Shown: positions 61,092-64,000 of the stretch, piece by piece
Numbering within the stretch: the stretch's first letter is position 1
How the letters are laid out: each line of letters begins with the position of its first letter
DNA from: an uncultured Leptospirales bacterium
Lineage (GTDB): Bacteria > Spirochaetota > UBA4802 > UBA5550
Direction of reading: 5' to 3'
Length of the DNA stretch: 64,000 bases
Assembly (NCBI GenBank): GCA_964392365.1
Contig: CAYMPH010000010.1
Coordinates: 2,146-66,145, forward strand
Made by a program: the position numbers and the translations under genes
Notes under the pieces: model-generated
Databases searched by the model: none
Told to the model about the DNA's origin: nothing
The model's input: the letters and a program-made list of their open reading frames with translations, nothing else

Positions 61092-62474
61092 TTAATATTT
61101 CAATACTCTATTCATATGTGTAATATAAACATCAGAACCAAATACAGCCACAGACGAAGGGTCATATAAGCAATCTAAATCTGTATATGAAAAATTATCA
61201 TCTGTTGTGAAAACTCCATATTGCCCATACACCCTTGTTGCTGTAGTGCTTGTCCCTAAATAATACAATACTCGATTATTTCCTCCTACGATAAAAACAC
61301 CAGATGAATCTACTGCAATCCCTTTTGGGTTATTCAAGCTATTTGCACTTATTCCTCCATTATTAACAGTATTCGTAGTATAAATACCACCTTGTCCATA
61401 AACCCTTGTAGCCGTTGTATTTGTTCCTGAATAATATAATGCTCGATTATTGCCTTTATCAGATATATAAACTCCTCCGGCATCTGCGGCTACTCCATTT
61501 GGGTAATTTAAACTATTTGCACTTACACCGCCATTATTAGCAGTATTCGTAGTATAAATGCCACCTTGTCCATAAACTCTACTTGCTGTTGTACTCGTTC
61601 CTGAAAAATATAATACTCGATGATTACCATTATCTGCAATATATACTCCTCCGGCATCTACTGCAATACCTTGTGGGGCATTCAAGCTATTTGCACTTAC
61701 ACCGCCATTATTAGCAGTATTCGTAGTGAAAATACTACCTTGACCATAAACCCTTGTAGCTGTTGTGCTTGTTCCTGAATAATATAATACACGATTATTG
61801 CCAGAATCAACAATATAAACTCCTCCGGCATTTACTGCAACACCACTTATGGTCAAGCTATTATTCAAGCTATTAGCACTTACACCGCCATTATTGGCAG
61901 TTGCACTTGTAAAACTTCCTAATTGACCATAAACCCTTGTAGCTGTTGTGCTTGTTCCTGAATAATACAATACTCGATTATTGCCATCTGCAATATAGAT
62001 TCCTCCGGCATCTACTGCAACACCTGTTGGTGAAGCCAAGCTATTTGCACTTATACCACCTTCATTTCCAGTATTGGTTAAACTGCCATATACCAAGATT
62101 GCAGTTGTATTTACAACCACCGATACTGTATAATCCTGTGTCGTTGTATCTGGAGATGTTACGGTATAGGTTTGAGCGGCGGTGAAATTATTCCCCACAC
62201 CCGATGCAGGGTTAACACTCACTCCCGTAATTGTAATTGAAGGAACTAATGCAGTTAATACAGTTTTATGCGGAACTCTGACAACAATTGTATGAGTTCC
62301 TTCAGTAATAGTTGTTCCTATAGAACTCGGAAATGTAAAAGCTGTTATCGCTTTGTCAGACGAAACCGCAGGTCCTGTTCCACCAGAAGTAGTATTATCT
62401 ACTGTACCAGGACATCCAGATAATGTAATTACAATAAAAATTAAACCTATAGTATTGATATATAGTTTTTTCAT
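61092..62474 (-). CDS. secreted/lipoprotein NHL-repeat beta-propeller protein
   Basis: LSGCPG lipobox and six ~45-aa repeats of the form TTATRVYGQGGIYTTNTANNGGVSANSLN.P.GIAVDAGGVYIADNGNHRVLYFSG. Confidence 0.65.
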   Translation of the reverse strand: MKKLYINTIGLIFIVITLSGCPGTVDNTTSGGTGPAVSSDKAITAFTFPSSIGTTITEGTHTIVVRVPHKTVLTALVPSITITGVSVNPASGVGNNFTAAQTYTVTSPDTTTQDYTVSVVVNTTAILVYGSLTNTGNEGGISANSLASPTGVAVDAGGIYIADGNNRVLYYSGTSTTATRVYGQLGSFTSATANNGGVSANSLNNSLTISGVAVNAGGVYIVDSGNNRVLYYSGTSTTATRVYGQGSIFTTNTANNGGVSANSLNAPQGIAVDAGGVYIADNGNHRVLYFSGTSTTASRVYGQGGIYTTNTANNGGVSANSLNYPNGVAADAGGVYISDKGNNRALYYSGTNTTATRVYGQGGIYTTNTVNNGGISANSLNNPKGIAVDSSGVFIVGGNNRVLYYLGTSTTATRVYGQYGVFTTDDNFSYTDLDCLYDPSSVAVFGSDVYITHMNRVLKY

Positions 62475-62653
62475 TTATTCCTCCTTTTATGCACCTTAAA
62501 CTTCCGGTAATCTCAAATTATAGCACTATTACCAGGGATAAGTCAAGCAAAATAAACGTAAAAGGTGTAAATTATATCATAAATATACTTATTACAGGGT
62601 TCTAAAATATTATAAAATCTTTATTCTTAAATCAAATTTAAGGAAAAGAAGAG

Positions 62654-62959
62654 ATGAATGTAAAAATACTGCTGGGTGAAAATATAACCAAATACAGGAA
62701 GAAGAGGAAATTGACTCAGGAAGGTTTGTCTGAAAAGCTTGATATCTCTGTAAAACATCTGTCAAATATAGAAATCGGTAATAACTTTGTGTCAGCAACA
62801 TTACTTGAAAAACTTTCAAAGGTTTTAAATGTAACACCTTCGGCTCTGTTTTATTCTCCGTATATTAAGAAGATGGACGATAATGCTCTCAGTAAAATCG
62901 ATGAAATTATTTCTGAACAGGCGGAAATAACTAAAAAGATGATTAGGGAAGAATTGTAA
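62654..62959 (+). CDS. XRE-family HTH transcriptional regulator
   Basis: LTQEGLSEKLDISVKHLSNIEIGNNFVS helix-turn-helix. Confidence 0.65.
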   Translation: MNVKILLGENITKYRKKRKLTQEGLSEKLDISVKHLSNIEIGNNFVSATLLEKLSKVLNVTPSALFYSPYIKKMDDNALSKIDEIISEQAEITKKMIREEL

Positions 62960-62978
62960 GTATATAAAGAAATGATTA

Positions 62979-63014
62979 AAAAAGGGAGGGTCGTATTACA
63001 GACCCTCCCTTTAA
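62979..63014. terminator. strong rho-independent terminator
   Basis: gggagggtc-gtattaca-gaccctccc perfect 9-bp GC-rich stem with A-run and T-run flanks. Confidence 0.75.
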
Positions 63015-63325
63015 GGTTAGAAAGCTATCCAAATTCGGAATGCTTTCTTCCCATAATCTTTTGCAAATATTTTAATACCATTCTTAAGAGTTATGGAAGC
63101 TCTAAAAATCCAGTAGCCTCTGGATTTCTTTATCGGTTTTCCCATAAAAGATAACCTCCTTATTTTACCGGAGGTTTTAAACTTTTGCTTGACATTTCTT
63201 GTTTGTATGGCGAAAATATCATTAAGATGAAAAAGTAAAAACCGTGCATCACCATTTTTCGGTGCCGGAGATTTGCGTTTATTAAAAACCCTTTGAGTGG
63301 CAACTCGGGGGTTTTTTTTCATAAA

Positions 63326-63991
63326 TTATATCATATCATCCTTCTTTTTAGAAATAGTAAAATTTTTCTTCTTAATTTTAAGGTTAAAATCTAAAATTTC
63401 TGTATTTCGCATAAAATTTTTGGGCAAGTATGCTACTTCCTCAATAACTCCTGCCGGTAGAGAGACTGAATGTATAAATTCATCTCTGGTTAAAACTTCA
63501 TTTAACATAAGGTCAATAGCTTTATATAGAAAAACCGGTTTTTCAATTTCTAAAATATTATCTAAAGGTTCCGATTTTCTCCATCCTTTCCTATTGATAT
63601 TGATAAATAAATTTTCCTGTTGTCTATCTGTTATCAAACCAAGTTGATAAGAACGCATAACCATAGCTTGCAAAGATACTTTCCAACGTTTCTTCAACTC
63701 TACAAAATAATCTAAACTAATCCATCTAACTTCTTTTTTAAAACTTTCCTCTGGTAAAAGAAAAGCTGAAGCAAATTTCATTGCTTGATTTTCAATTGTT
63801 TTAAATTTTGCTTTATTATTAAACTCATTCGGGTCAATATCTTTATGTAAAAGTAAATGACCGAGTTCGTGGGCTGTATTAAATCTTAACCTAACCGCTT
63901 TATTATTGGCTTCATCGAGATTAAGTATTATAAATGGATGTTTTGTTATTGAATCCCATTCTGAAAAAGCATCCAATCCAGTTGAATCCAT
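63326..63991 (-). CDS. ImmA/IrrE-family (DUF955) HEXXH metallopeptidase. The N-terminus may extend beyond the window.
   Basis: FNTAHELGHLLLH zinc-binding motif. It is paired with the XRE regulator. Confidence 0.55.
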   Translation of the reverse strand: MDSTGLDAFSEWDSITKHPFIILNLDEANNKAVRLRFNTAHELGHLLLHKDIDPNEFNNKAKFKTIENQAMKFASAFLLPEESFKKEVRWISLDYFVELKKRWKVSLQAMVMRSYQLGLITDRQQENLFININRKGWRKSEPLDNILEIEKPVFLYKAIDLMLNEVLTRDEFIHSVSLPAGVIEEVAYLPKNFMRNTEILDFNLKIKKKNFTISKKKDDMI

Positions 63992-64000
63992 TTCAAATCC

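Noticed and set aside
61946-62185. 79-aa + strand ORF
   Set aside because: It is antisense to the NHL-repeat gene and arises from its internal repeats.
63017-63322. 101-aa minus ORF between the XRE and ImmA-like genes
   Set aside because: Its start would sit inside the terminator hairpin of the upstream gene, and the region is full of hairpins, so it is probably non-coding.

Overview
This is an AT-rich (about 30-35% GC) bacterial chromosomal window. GlnRS is present, the RNase P RNA is type A, and lipoprotein signal peptides are common, so the organism may be an FCB-group/Ignavibacteria-like bacterium, but I cannot determine the phylum.

The first ~39.5 kb is ordinary core genome:
- sppA, followed by an unannotated RNase P RNA (rnpB) on the minus strand that lies under a spurious + strand ORF, and a tRNA-His.
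- panE, an MFS transporter, hbd, glnS, a tRNA-Arg/tRNA-Pro pair, gltX, thiL and a ROK glucokinase.
- A Rieske / cytochrome b / 12-heme cytochrome c cluster, then an LtaS-like sulfatase, argC and ptsI.
- The conserved tig-clpP-clpX-lon block, tRNA-Gly/tRNA-Leu, a diheme cytochrome c, an Fe-S protein, rluA-like, and uvrC.

A tRNA-Pro(GGG) at 39454..39527 marks the start of an ~18 kb accessory island that runs to at least 57.6 kb. It contains:
- A RadC-like JAB protein, an XRE regulator, many hypothetical proteins and a DEDDh exonuclease.
- An IS630-like transposase fragment.
- An AEP-primase-like gene flanked by ~50 bp direct repeats.
- A tightly coupled ECF sigma factor / zinc-finger anti-sigma factor / (CARF-like sensor)-CHAT caspase-like protease operon. 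This resembles the cyclic-oligoadenylate-activated CalpL/CalpT/CalpS protease-to-sigma-factor signalling logic, here with a CHAT protease in place of Lon, and it is the most interesting candidate system in the window.
- An excisionase-like HTH plus tyrosine integrase at the distal end.

Beyond the integrase are more cargo-like genes (a class-II GATase pair, an NHL-repeat lipoprotein) and an XRE/ImmA-like pair at the window edge.

I saw no CRISPR array or rRNA. All domain assignments are motif-level readings of the translated ORFs and have not been checked against databases.
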